A DNA stretch of 64,000 nucleotides from Tubulanus polymorphus (Eukaryota; Animalia; Nemertea). Positions 40,967 to 54,364 of this stretch are shown here, in pieces. A program made the translations under genes and the position numbers. Each line of letters opens with the position of its first letter. Position 1 is the stretch's first letter. The stretch spans positions 2,078,485 to 2,142,484 of the forward strand of contig NC_134027.1 of NCBI RefSeq assembly GCF_964204645.1. The letters run 5' to 3'. The notes beneath the pieces are model-generated. The model saw nothing but the letters and a program-made list of their open reading frames with translations. It did no database searches and was not told the DNA's origin.

Positions 40967-43864
40967 TCATTGGTAAGCACCACCGAACAGCGGTTTAGGA
41001 GGTAATTGTGATGGGTCGTCCTGAGGAGGCATTTGCATTGGATCCACTGAAAAACAAATCGATGCAATGTTTTAACGAAATCTATTGTAACGAACAAGGT
41101 TCAAGCGATAATTCTTCTTTATTCACAAAAATGTTTAACTCTTTAGCAGGTTTCGATTGGATGTATTCCAGTTTAGTCATAGCTAAATTGCTGATTCCAG
41201 GCTCTCTACCAGTCGCTTCTATCAGGGCCAAGCTCTACAGTTCTGAATTAGATTCAACTCTTTTTAGCTAAAATAAGCTCATTTTCGACGCATAAACTCG
41301 AAATCAGGTCCTGGTTTTCACATCCTGACCATCTTGTGCATTGTCAGATCGAACACGACAGTAAAGTATTCCAGAATCGGCAGAGAACAATCGAAACCTG
41401 CCTTAATTATTCAATTATTCAGCTTATCCGATTTAGAAATATTGGGCCCAACAAAACGACTTACTTGGCTTAAATTGTTCGGCTGAAAATCTAGTGATCA
41501 TAATTCCAACTCCTTCGATCAATGCAAGTAAAACACCACCTAATATACAATACACATAACACATATGTAAAATTATAAAAGCATAATATATGCATCATTA
41601 ATTGAGGAATCGAATAAAATCGGGAAACTTACCGATAACTGCTGATCCGAACATGGCACCAGCACCATCTACAACAGAAATAAGAACTTCATTATGAATT
41701 TGATGATCAGCGTTATGCAATTATGGAGAGTTGGCTGATTTAAAACCCCGACACATGGATAGGGATCATTCATTTATTACGTACGCATAAAATTTGAAAT
41801 TTTCAACCCCCCTCCCCCTCTGTACGCAAAATCGGCCATTTTTTCATATACATTAAGCATTACAGTACGCAATTGCACTGACCCCTCCCCTAATGCGTAC
41901 GTAATAAATGAATGACCCCATAGCACTTCAGCTGATTTTCCAACTTACTTCTAACTGATAATATCGCTCCGGTGAGTGCACCACTAGTGATTGAATTCCA
42001 TGGATCTTCTTTCTTACGCACGTAGACTAATGAACAATCAATCGCTGAGAAAAGTCCACCCCAAACTGCAAAGTTTCCTGTTCACAAAAAAGAAACACAT
42101 CATCAAACGACAAGAACTAATTTTTCCCCTGTAGTCGACTGAAACAGATGTAAGCAAGTTGAGATTGATCGAATCTACCTCGGTCCAGGCCTGCATGCCA
42201 CACGACATACCCCCTGCGACATTAACATGGTCGTCACAGTATAAAATCAAGATCAAGATTGTACTTAAAATAGTGTAATGAATATTGCGTTTGAGTTTAA
42301 GAATGACCTGAACTTACCACCAGTGATTGGAGCTCGTTCTTTAACTGCTACTAAACTTCCCATCAGTCTACGATACTGACCCTAAAAATAGAACAATTAA
42401 ATATGTTGTCCTCAAATTAAAAGACTTGAATTGACAAGATCGATAAAGCTTACTACTTACACTAGGGGCATTTCTGTAACCTTTTATGGCATGGAATAAA
42501 GAACCAGCAATGCCTCCCATAGCAAAGGCACCACCACAGTCATCTACAATACGCCATGGGCTAAAACGAAAAATGAATGAAAATGTAGTCATTACTTAAT
42601 CGCCCACCACAGGCACAGTCGACAGGTAGTTAGTTACCTAATCGTTGGTGGTAAGCTTTTTATAATCGGATGGGCTTATACCAACGTTAGGGATGACAAG
42701 GACCAAAACACGGTTGAAAAAAGTAACACTTCAAAAATATACTTTCTATCCACTTCAGTCCACAATTAATGGCTTAATTCACAAACTAACACAGGTACCT
42801 TTCGAAATAATCCAATTCTATGTATGTTTCGAGTGATTAATCAACATTATTTTGAGAAATTAATTAATTTCCTTACAAATTTCGCCATTTCTCTGTATTG
42901 CACATGTGGCATGATAAGACAAGGGGACCTACAAGGATTTAGATAAAACTTTCAAGACGAAACGACAATTTTTATTTTTGATGGTTTTCCAACCTATATT
43001 TCAAATCTTCGTGTTTTCCATTATAAATAATGAAATAATAAATTCTGGTAAAAGAAAAATGTGAATAAGTGTTGATTTCTTAATATTTTTCAATTTCGTC
43101 GTTTCGCTTCGTTAGTTTGTGCTGTTGTCCTGGCCTCAGTCCACAGGTGCCAGCACCTCCAGTAATTTTCAAAATGGCAGCTGTTGACTCTACGGAAATT
43201 TACTCTCACTTTACGGCCGATTTGCACATGGATTAAGATCGTCAGGTGAGGTGTTATAGGTATCAGACAAACTACGAATCTGTTGTGTGTCGATTACAAC
43301 AAAAATTTGACGGATATCTTAAGAGACAATGAAATGCCAGGCAAATTACTCGTCAGTCAAATTGGCTGACGAAGATTTCATACAAAAATGACCTTCCCAT
43401 TCCTGACTGTGGTTTGTGAAAATATCCGATCGTGAAACTAAACCACAGACAGGTTACTGACTAAGTCGACAGGTCGATGGGTTATTAGTCAGAACCTGTC
43501 CAGTCAATTAATCTTTATCGATTCTGTGACTTCTTTCACAACTGTCACCAAAAATAAGCATTTAGTTCCAGAATATAAGTCGTTTAGAACGTTTTTAGTC
43601 GTTAAAAACAACAAGGATGAATGAGTTTTGACATTTGGAAGGGACAAACACAGACTACCCACATGACATAGTTTTTTCACGAAATCAAATATGTGAATTA
43701 TTCTTTAAAATGAAAGTATTTGCATAGTTCTTAACTGCTATTTCTGATTCTAATTATTTTTGCTAATGACTGATTGCATAATTTCTTAATTTCATTGATC
43801 TATGTCGTCCGTATGACATTAATTCGTCCTTTACTTACCACGGTTCACGTGCGTACTCCTCCAT
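40967..43864 (-). CDS. TIMM17: Mitochondrial inner membrane translocase subunit Tim17
   Basis: MEEYAREPC|[15 protein letters not shown]...[37 protein letters not shown]; seven GT-AG exons; TGA ends at 40967. Confidence 0.97.
41761..41920. mobile_element. MITE in a TIMM17 intron (Harbinger-like termini)
   Basis: ~26-bp TIR gggatcattcatttattacgtacgcat / atgcgtacgtaataaatgaatgacccc. Confidence 0.8.
42627..43463. mobile_element. Copy 2 of the TAG...CTA element (837 bp, 10-bp TSD) in TIMM17 intron 1
   Basis: agtcgacagg|tagttagttacct ... aggttactgacta|agtcgacagg. Confidence 0.9.
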
Positions 43865-43980
43865 GATGAAATATTCTAGGGCCACAACAAATCACGGATG
43901 GCTGAATCAAGTCCACGTCCACATTTTTAGTTTAGCTAGAATACCCGAGTCCTAATCCGGATTCTTATCGTCCAAGTAAA
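43865..43980. promoter_or_regulatory. Very short bidirectional promoter between TIMM17 and UXT
   Basis: Only 116 bp separate the divergent start codons. Confidence 0.7.
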
Positions 43981-44899
43981 ATGACGTCAATGGGAAAACC
44001 CGGAAATATGAATGTTATGGATTCGAGTTTCGATTCTAATTTACCCCAAAAAGTTTACGATTATGAGGATTTTTTGAACAATGTTCTTCAAGTCGATTTA
44101 AAGTAAGTTGGTAATGATAAATTCAGGTGATATGTATTCGTATGTCAGCGTGAGTGAGTGAAAGAAAGATCTGAGCAGCTTCGTTCTCTTTTTTACGCAT
44201 TCAATTTCAATTCAGTAATTTTGCCTTTATTTATTTTCAAATTCTGACCTTGATTTATTGTAGAAAAGTTTTGGAAACAAGGGATGCTTTATATGAGAAG
44301 ATTTCAACGTATTTAGAATTAAAGAATACAATAGAGATGATCAAAGTAAGAAAAATTAATTGAAATACTGTGCTGTGCAAGAATTGAAAGAGCCACAGCC
44401 ATTTTTAATGTTTAATCGTTTTCTCTCAGGAGGCTGATACTAGCTCTATAAAAACCAAAGTGGATCTCGGCTGCAATTTCTATGTACAAGCCAATGTGTA
44501 AGTGAAATCTGAAATATAAACACATAGTTGTCCATGTCTTGTACCCAGATGTAAGAAGTTGTCATTTAATTGCAGCCCCGACACGTCTCGGATTTTTGTG
44601 GCCGTTGGTTTTGGATTCTTCGTCGAGTTCACGTTAGATGAAGCTTTGAAATTCATCGAAAAGAAGACCAAACATCTCAATGAAGAGGCAGAGAAAATGA
44701 GTAAAGATTCATCAAAAATAAAAGCACACATCAAACTTGTTTTAGAGGTGAAAATTCAGGGTTTTATTTTTTTTCAAACTAAAATTTCATACACAAATCT
44801 GACATACAAAAAATGAATTGTTTTTTTTTTCAGGGCCTAAGAGAGTTACAGCATATAAAACCGGAAACAAGGAACAAACAACGGGATTTATTTTCATGA
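43981..44899 (+). CDS. UXT: Prefoldin-like protein UXT
   Basis: Five exons (~43981-44102, 44264-44346, 44430-44497, 44576-44747, 44834-44899). KVYDYEDFLNNVLQVDL, KVDLGCNFYVQA, IFVAVGFGFFVEFTLDEALKFI, KIKAHIKLVLEGLRELQ. The start could be a downstream ATG. Confidence 0.93.
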
Positions 44900-45253
44900 T
44901 ATTACGAGTGCAAGCTGTGATTCTGAGTGAATTTTTTTCACTGCATTTAAATTTATCCAGTCTTTCAAATGAATATCTGTATGTTTTTCTATGTACATAA
45001 TGTAAATACATCTTATATACTGGATTGTGTATGAAAGACGATACATATTTTAGTCATTTGTCTGAGTAGGATTTTCAAACTGTGTGACAGTATTTGTAGG
45101 AATAGCAGGATTTTCAAGCGAATCTTTGAATGAAACTTAACCTTCATTTATTTATTTAAACCTTTATCAAAACATTTTATTCAAACAGAAAAGTACCTTG
45201 AGAGAACAATAGTTAAGTCACATTGGAATTGTTCAAAATATAACAGTTAATCT

Positions 45254-47231
45254 TCACGAAATACCGAGGGTCTTAAACCAGTCTTTATTATCCAGATGAA
45301 CATTTCCATCCTTTGCAATAGCTTTCAGAATGCCTCCAGCAGATTTCACAACTCCTATGGATAAGAAATCACATCTAAAGCACTGAGAAATAACAGAAAC
45401 GGATAAAAAGAAACTGTATCATTATCGCAAACCTCTGAGCACCATTAGTTCACCATCCCTGCTCGGTTCTTCAGATGTCTCTAACTCTGGACTAATCGTT
45501 ATCTCTCTGCCTTCCAAATCTAAAGCTGTCTGGAGCCCATTTTCAACTGATAAGTTTATATTACCTGAACATAATGAAACATGCACCACATATTATAAAG
45601 CTGTGATTGAAAAAAAAAAACCTAAGACTGAGGAGAGTGACGGATATTAGCACCGACCTTGTTCAGTGATTAGACTGACATTGTTTAGTCTGTTTATATG
45701 AACATCAATGTCTCCTGTTTTACAATTACCAATTAAATCACCATCTGAACTATCTGTAATAATAACAATATTGTTCGACGGGTTTCAGTTAGCAATTTCC
45801 AAGCGCAAATTTGATGATGTTAAATTTCAGTTTTACCGATTTTGGCCGTGCCGCTGCCCAGATTGAATTTTGTGTTACCATGGCAGTTACCAACATGCAG
45901 ATTACCATTCAATAATGAGAATTCAGACTGTTCTGCGTAAATAGTTTTCACCGATAACAGACCGACGCCGACATTAATCGATGCTTTTGATGCTTGTATT
46001 TTACCAATTTTCACATCCTGAAGAGAAGTTATACGAAGGTTCAACAAGATCATAAGTGATCACAGTGTGGAAATAAGGAGACGATACTTACACCATCAGG
46101 GGCGGTAATATCAATGTTCGAGTAAAGAACCGTTGGACAAATGACATCCCCTTGTTTGTTTGATACACTGAGGTTACTAGACTGAAAAAATAAACTTGCA
46201 ATCTTCATAACGGTTCCGTTTAAAATTCGATCCTAATTTTTTCAAACCTAGCTACATGCTCATTCATTTCAACTATACAAACCTTTATATTTTTGAGTTT
46301 GCAATTACCACGTTCCATGTTAATTTTGATATTTGTACTTTCCAATCCAGTTAAATCGACATTGGAATTACCAGTCACTTCAATATCTACACCTACAATT
46401 TATAATCAATATCATTGATTAATTATCAAGATCATAAGGAGGGGATAGTTCATCACTCATTCTATACTCACTATATTTCATCGGCAAGTAGAAAATACAT
46501 GACAACTTGCAAGTGAAGTCTTTATCTGGGTTCTCTAACAATTGTGCATCAAAATTAATATTTCCATCCTTGACTTCGACAGATGCTGTATAGAGATGCT
46601 TACACCGACTGATCAGCGCCGGTCTACTCAATTCTACCAGTGTTATATCTGCCCAGCTCTTATTAGCTAATAATGATATATGAGCTTTGTTCATTTCGGG
46701 ACAATCTTGAGGATTTGTAGGCATAATCTTCACGCTAAAAGGACTGTTTATTTTAATTCTACCAAATGTCGATACATCAAAATCCCAGGTTTCCAGTGTT
46801 AGACCGAGTTCATGAGACGCATCTGATTTCGGGTTTAAATCTAGAAGTTGATCATATTCTGGTGGTTTTTCGATGATGGCTTCGCATGATTTTTCAGCAG
46901 CAATGATTTCTGTTGCTGCTGGTTTATTTGATTCTGTTACCCCAGTCGGGGGATTCACGAAACTCTGGACATCGCATGCAGGTTTCTTGGGAGAAAAGAC
47001 TTCCGATTTAGGACGATTAATTATCTCATGACCATCATCTTCAGAGTGAAGTGTGGTTGCAGTCACGAAGTTTACTCTGTGTTGTTGTTGCTGCACCAGC
47101 AATTCATTGTTGCTTTGTCTTTTTTCGTGCCTGTGGCTTACGACAGTTGTCAAGTGCTTGATTTGACTGAGTGCATTAGTAGAAGCTCTTGTTTGATGTA
47201 GTTGATTAACAACAGTGCGACTGACAAACAT
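45254..47231 (-). CDS. FAM185A: FAM185A-like (DUF4097/adhesin-like beta-repeat) protein
   Basis: Large first exon ~46471-47231 with LETWDFDVSTFGRIKINSPFSVKIMPTNP, resembling FAM185A 'LKEWTLQVSPFGRL'. Six further exons with beta-repeat motifs; ends KDWFKTLGIS. N-terminus resembles a mitochondrial presequence. Confidence 0.72.
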
Positions 47232-47675
47232 AATTGATGCTTAAAAATCTAATCAATTAACAAGGACATGACAATTGAGTTGTTGTGGTTGGGGGTAAGG
47301 GCTCATTTCATTGGTAAATCTAGGACTCACATGACTCACATCATTCACTTATCGACTATGAAATGGAATCCCAGTGAGTCTGAAATTGACCAACAAAACA
47401 AGCTCGTCCCACGAGGAATCCCGGGAACCAGTCTATTAACCCGAATCCGGGTTTTATTCGTATCCCTAAAGATGTGTGGAGTAAATTCAATTCAATTAAT
47501 TTTGTGACAATATATCCATACACATGTTCACTTATGTTCAAAACATGTCTCCTCTTTAATAATCACCACGAAATAGACTTGCAATACTTTTGGAGGAAAG
47601 AACGTAAGAAAAGATTCATTGTTCTTACTTAAAATGTAGCATTCATCAATCACTACTTCGGGCTGCCACTCGCCA

Positions 47676-47786
47676 TAGTTAGTTACCTACCAATCGTTGG
47701 TGGAAAGCTTTTTATAAGGCTTATACCATATGTGGTTTGTGAAAATATCCGATCGTGAAACTAAACCACAGACAGGTTACTGACTA
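47676..47786. mobile_element. 111-bp internally deleted copy 3 of the TAG...CTA element
   Basis: Retains both termini (tagttagttacct...; tgtggtttgtgaaaatatccg...aggttactgacta). No TSD recognisable. Confidence 0.85.
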
Positions 47787-48130
47787 GTACCGACCCAGCC
47801 AGGTGGCAGTGCCAGTGGACCACTACGCTGGGTGGGTGGTGCGTGTGATGCTGTTGCATTTTATATAACTCACCCGGCAGTACTGCATGACAAACCGGTT
47901 CAAGTCACTGCTGTTGGCTGCTTCCTTCCACTTCCAGGGTGTGGGTAATACTTAAATAACAAAGGCCACCCCACCGTGATGTTTAAATGAAAAATCCAAT
48001 GCCAGGGTTACAAAAGTGTTAGGAAACCAAGATCCAATAGATACAATGCGAAGCAAGATTAAGTGCCTTGAGCCACAAGCAACATGCTTTAATTCCAATT
48101 TGTTTCTTTCAAAAGTGATATTTGTCAGAT

Positions 48131-51100
48131 ATGGCGAAGACTCGGCTTTCGCGACAAGACAAGCATAAAGATGATGTTGCTTCGAGTCAGAGACAAAAGA
48201 TACCGCGGAACAAAATTAAGGAACCAAAGAAGTCCATCAAAAAGAAGTCGAAGGAAACTCGAGTATCGAAACGACGAATGAAGCAAGCGGAACCAGTGCT
48301 GTTAAATTTGAAAAGAAAAACTCGCTCAAGTGAAACAGCGCCTGCACCATTAGTCATAGATACTGGCGGTCCGACTTTATTCAAATTTAGCCAAGTTATA
48401 AAGAGAACGACTAGAAAGTCTCCAAAACAAACTGATGCATCTAAGTCTCAAATAGAAATTGATAAATCCAAATCTACCAAACAAGCTGAAAAATCTAAAT
48501 CTCCAAAACAGGTCGATAAAAAACAAACTGTTAAACCCAAGTCTCCAAAACAAAGTGAAAAAACTAATTCTCCAAAACAAATTGTTAAATCCAAGTCTCC
48601 AAAACAAACTGAAAAAACTTATTCTCCAAAACAGATTGATAAAAAGCAACATATTGTAAAATCCAAATCTCCAAAACAAATTGTTAAGTCCAAATCTCCA
48701 AAACTTAAAGATAAATCCAAACCTAATGGAATAAATGGTTCCAACAATTTAGATTATGGAGATTCCCCTCAAAAACCAGTCCAAGAAAATTCCTCCCAGA
48801 AAACATCTAGTTCGAATACCGTCAAAACTGAGTCAAAGTCCAGTCGTCAATCACAGAACCAATCGACGAAAAACAGGCCCAAAAGAGGTGCTGCTAATTA
48901 TGAAGTTTTTGTTAATTCGAATAAGTTGAAAAAATTGAAGCTTTCAGCACCCAAACCGCGAGAGGAATTGGAGGAAGAACCAGTTACAGTGGAAAAAAAA
49001 CCACAGCATGAGGAAGAACTGGATTTGGAGGAAGATATACAACAGATAGAAGAACCAATATCAGAGAAAGAGGAACTACCCATATCTCCATCACTTACAT
49101 CGGAACCAATAAATAGGTAAATTTTTTATTTGCATGTTGATTTCTTTGTATTTTATTGATGTTATTATGAACACACTTTAAATATTTTGCGTTTCAGATT
49201 TATCGATATAAGTAATGATGAAGTATTGTGTTTGATGCAGTGTAAACAGTCAGTAGCTCTGAGAGGAATCTATGAATTAAAGGTGGTTTGTGGTGCCGGT
49301 GAAATGTGCGGATATCGGTTTCTACCGGGAAGAGAATATCAACAAATCTACTGCCCCAATCTCTACTGCACTTTGCCTTTTGAAACGTGTGAAATAGACA
49401 ATACTAAATCAGCTCGAATATCTCAATTACAGTCGCATCTGATTAACAATGAATCGATATTGAAGGAATTATCGCCCGACATAACAGATACAACGTGTAT
49501 TTTGTCTTTGAGAAAATTGACGATTTCATCGTTCGCTTGCGTTAAGGACATCACACCATTCAATCGTTTATTTACCGGGGGCCAAAGTTCTGCTATTTCT
49601 GATTCTGCTTTATCTCGTATATCAATAGAAATTTCTTCTCAATCAGATTCTGTTTTTTCCACCCCTGCCGATTATAAGAACGTTCAGAATGAATTCATGA
49701 CCTCTTTCTCTGATGCAGGTTTGTTATTTTTTTATACCGCTTTAATTCAATATTATTAACATGACAGTCTCTTAATGGATATATATTTTCTTCTTTAGCT
49801 GATTCTCCTATCATAGTATTATGCGGTGGAAAGAACGTGGGAAAGTCAACTATGTCCAGATATCTCGTAAACAGTGCTCTTAATGTGTAAGTTTCTGAAA
49901 GAGTTTGTTTGCTATTGATTGCCTGAAGATACTGGGAATTTATGTTAATGATATGTAAATAAGTTGGTGCTGTTTATGATATTTGTAGCTGTGATACTGT
50001 AGCGTATTTAGATTGTGATGTTGGTCAAACAGAATTTACTGCTCCCGGTTTAGTTTCATTAAACCTCATAACTCGACCATTACTAGGTAATGATTCACCA
50101 AAGATGATTCACTGAAGTTTTCATCAAATCAGATCTAGTTTACAAAGAAAATTGCATTTCTCGTTCAATTCTAATGAAAATTTTGATGTTTATTTTATAT
50201 TTAGGGCCACCATTCTCACATCAGTTGGAACCTGAATGGTAAGTGTTTCTGATCTTTCTATCGATTTTAATTTTGTAATATATTTTACCAGTAACCGATG
50301 ATCGTATGTTTTCTATAACTGACAGCTGTTATTTTGTGGGAGGCGTCTCGCCTGCAAATGATCCTTCATATTATCTGAAATGTGTACAACGAGCATTTTA
50401 TAAATACTCGAGTCTCGGGCCAAGAGTTCCACTCATAGTTAACACAATTGGCTGGAATAATGGTATGTAAAATGAATATTATATTTTGAGTGTAAAGAAA
50501 TGCTTGTTCAGTCGGTAAGAATTTTTCGTCGTAATTTCAGGGGTTGGAGTTTGTATTATGGTGGAGATTCTGAAATTGATAAAACCGAATCGAGTCGTTC
50601 AATTGATTAGCAAGTCTATTAAACAGAACTATTCTTCCGATTTGAGTCCACATTATGTAACGAATGCACCGGGATGGATGTGGCAGTCGTCACATCAGGT
50701 AAACATATACATGTAAACATGTGCGATGTGAAAACTGATGTATTCTCAGTGTGGAACATAATGAACATTCTCCTAATTGATTATGTCTTAATTTCACATT
50801 TCCGACTGTTTCGAGATTTATCTAAATCTGATCTTCAGAGAAACAGTAACTGTCATTCATGTTTCATATCAGTTATCATTTCTGTTTAGATTAATCTTGA
50901 AACTGTGTGTGGATGATAAACTGAAGATATCATCAATTGTGAAATCATTCAATATATAACATGTGTTCGTGTAATCCAGTTTATTCACATGTCTTGATAC
51001 GCATCACATGATATGTGTAAATCAATTTAATTTACAGGTAAAAAGTGAGGTATCCAGTGAATTGAATTACAAACTGTTATTGGTGAAATGTGTCACCAGT

Positions 51101-52657
51101 TATGGGTAGGTGTTATTACCATTCGCCATTTATACAAACATATACTTCCAGTATTCTTATTAATCTAATTCGGTATCTATTTATTTCAGTATGAAGGGAG
51201 CATTTCAGTTAAAGTCTGTAAACCTCAGAGATTTGGCGATGTTAATGCATTTATCACCTGTACTGACTAGAGGAGAAAGTATTCTGAATTTACGCGCTGT
51301 GAAACCTTTTGAAGTAAAATGGTCAAAGATGGCCGTACATATAATGCATACAGCAGTTCCCACTAATCAAATCATGTATAGTTTGAATGGAAGCATCGTA
51401 GCTTTATGCTCTGTTAGTCAAAATCATGTAAGTTCAAACAAACATGTATCGGTGATATAGTCAAACTTGGTCAAGTCATCATTGGATAAGTCCTCAAATT
51501 ATAAGTTGTCACTACTTTCAAGTCGCAATTTGTGTGCTTCCAGTCAATTTACTTAGTGTAAATCATATCGATAAGTCATCAGCTACATCGGCTTAAAGCA
51601 AGTTTGACTTACGTCACAATAGAAAATTTGATTGATGATTCAATGTAGATTTCTTTGATTTATAGTTGCGTCAATGTAATGATGAGAATCTACCTATGTT
51701 TATCCGAGGCTCGTTACCGGTTTGTGATTGCTATGGCTATGGTACGTAAATGATCTCCTGTTCGAAACTGAACTTACGGACCTAGTTTCATAGTTGTGGC
51801 TTAGAATTTGCCTTTAGAGTGGAAATTGGAAGTGAAATAATTCACCTTTACCAACAAATTTGGAACATGGTCCTGTTCTTTAAAATTCAAATTTTGCAGC
51901 CAGAAGAGGCCAGATTCTTAATTCATATTTTTCATATTATTCATTTCCAGGTTTGATTCGAGGTATTAACCACGTGAAAAAGTGTTTCCTAATTATTACA
52001 TCGGTACCAATACATAAACTGCACTCAGTGAATACATTGATTCAGGGAGCTATAAACGTACCAGATTTATTGATTATGTCTGAAGATATCAAGGTGAAGA
52101 TGTAGCTCTTTATTCCCTATAACTATTATTCCTCTCATTTGCATGAAATTATGATTATCGAAACCTATGCGGAGCAGCTGCCAACGGTTCCGATTTCATG
52201 GGGACTTGTTAAACTACCATCTGTCCTATTGTCCCTGATATGTATCAGAATTTCTCCTTAAAGTTTTTCCTTGGCTTTTTATATGGCTTTTCCCCGAAAT
52301 TGTGGTAATATTTGAGCGTCCCTGACGAATGTCTTTTGTCCCTGACAAAAATTTTGAATGTCCCTGAAACAATTTTTGTTTAGAATATATTATCTTAACG
52401 AATTTTTTATCTACTAATCATGTCAATTTTGAGATTGTTATTAAATGTTAAGCACTTTTAAGGAATAGATTGTTATAACTATTATTATTTATTATATGTA
52501 CCTGTTCAGACGTGTATAATGTTTTTGATGTTGATATTGTTATGTATTGTAGAAACCTGTGCCTTATGTCGATGAACAATCAACAGTAAGAGGAGTGAAA
52601 CCAATCACATCACAGAGAAACTTCATGCGTCGAAAGAAATATGATCGAATATCATAA
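48131..52657 (+). CDS. NOL9: Polynucleotide 5'-hydroxyl kinase NOL9 (Clp1/Grc3 family)
   Basis: About 12 exons. P-loop CGGKNVGKST (49820-49850), YLDCDVGQTEFTAPG, PLLGPPFSH, PLIVNTIGW, CYGYGLIRGI. Long basic N-terminal exon; TAA ends at 52657. Confidence 0.92.
51778..51873. mobile_element. ~100-bp hairpin MITE family, copy 1
   Basis: ggacctagtttca...tggaacatggtcc; related to the copies at 52700 and 54264. Confidence 0.45.
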
Positions 52658-52699
52658 GACCAGGTAACACTATATTCATTAGGCTGGTGAAAAATTTGA

Positions 52700-52798
52700 G
52701 GGTCCAGTTCCACAGCTGTCCGGACTCTGGGGTTGTTAAGTTCATTTTGAATATTTTAAATCTCAACTGATGACAGTAGCAACTGTAGAACTGGTTCC
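52700..52798. mobile_element. ~100-bp hairpin MITE family, copy 2
   Basis: gggtccagttccacag...ctgtagaactggttcc inverted ends. Confidence 0.55.
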
Positions 52799-53560
52799 TG
52801 GAGTTTGAAGATTGTTTAGATTCTTTGCCTTTGATTCACATTCTTTATGTAATCATTGACAATACATAGGAGTAAAACTACATGTATAGTGAACTGCAGT
52901 TGATGGTGTCTGTCATTGAAGGGTGGGTCTATTCTAGCTGCAGAATACTGATCAGTTTGCGGTGACGGATGGAATGTAAACTATGTTGATTGGTTTATAA
53001 GACCCACTTGTAACTGATGATTATCAGTCTCCACGATTGAAAGGTCACATCACAATGAAGTTCTTGTTTTAAATGTGTCACTTTAACGCATTCCCATAGC
53101 ACACTCTTGTATTAATGTAGCTTATTGACATTATTTCGCTTTGATTAATAATCTTTAACTAAACTAATCCATATGAATTCAACAGGTTCTCTCATTAACT
53201 CAGTAACACTGTATTTTCTTTGGACATCTTAGTTTTCATTTGCATGTGTTTGAATTATTCTATTCTTTTACTTGTTTTGTTTTCTTTCAAAATGGAACAA
53301 ACTAGTGAGATTATACATTTAGTATTCCGCAGTTTATCGATGAAATTAGTTTGCAGATTAAAATAGACTATAGGTTGACTTCATAATGTAGATACGTTTG
53401 TATTAGATAGATCCATTCATTGGAATGTTACACATGTCAGATTAATAAAAGCATGCCAAACATAATTCATAGATCAGATCAGTAGTGCGGGTTATCAACT
53501 TCTGGGTACATCCTCTACGCATGAAATGAAGCTTTTACCTCTGAAGAATACAAATAACTA

Positions 53561-53805
53561 CAGGAGTAGATCTAGGATTTTCCATGGGGGAGGGGGGTGT
53601 CCAATGAGGAAAAATGACGAAACACCACGTACTCCGGATGCTTCTACAACATTTTCGGGAGGGTGCTTTCGGTCATTTCATGCGTTGAAAAAATTATTAT
53701 AGGTGAGAAACCTTGGTCCAAAAAATTTTGGTGTGACATATTGAGGGCACTTCAAATTTTAGGGGGTGTCGGCACACCCTGACATGCCCCCTAGATCCGC
53801 CCCTG
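53561..53805. mobile_element. Degenerate hAT-like MITE
   Basis: caggagtagatctagg ... cctagatccgcccctg imperfect TIR; TSD not clear. Confidence 0.55.
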
Positions 53806-54263
53806 ACTGCTACGTAATCGATGTGGATGAGTTGGGGTTACATAAGTTTTTCATCTTCGATCTTTGGATCATTTTTGAACCGTGCTGAATGATATCAATA
53901 TGTTCACTATTGTCAGTTGGTCTACGACCTCGATGTAAAAATGATGCTGTTCTTCCATTGTGTAGTCTTAAAAAGTTTTTGTTTCTAGTTGAATAAGTGT
54001 TATACTCAATAATAATATTCGTGTTAATGTCAACACAATTATTGCAGTTCTCGTAATAATTGAATTATGCATATGTTGAATAAAAAGACTTCGCTTAAAT
54101 GAATTGGTCTTCGATGTCTGAGTATTTGTTACAGTAATTTACTGTTGCGGCAAACTTTAATAATAAACCGAGTTAGTGTAATTATTATTGTAGTAAGGCG
54201 ATACACAGGCGATTAATCACTGAACATTCAGCCCTGTGTTGAGTGTAATGATTCGGATCACCT

Positions 54264-54364
54264 GGATCCAGTTTCACAGTCTTGACTCTGAGTTAGAATT
54301 AGTTCATTTTCCAGTGAGTTAACTCGATGTCAAATCTGAACTCAACTAGTGTGGAACTGAATCC
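54264..54364. mobile_element. ~100-bp hairpin MITE family, copy 3
   Basis: ggatccagtttcacag...gtgtggaactgaatcc inverted ends. Confidence 0.55.

Noticed and set aside
41700-41740. TGATGA...CTGA as a C/D snoRNA
   Set aside because: Too short, antisense to the host gene, and lacks a terminal stem.
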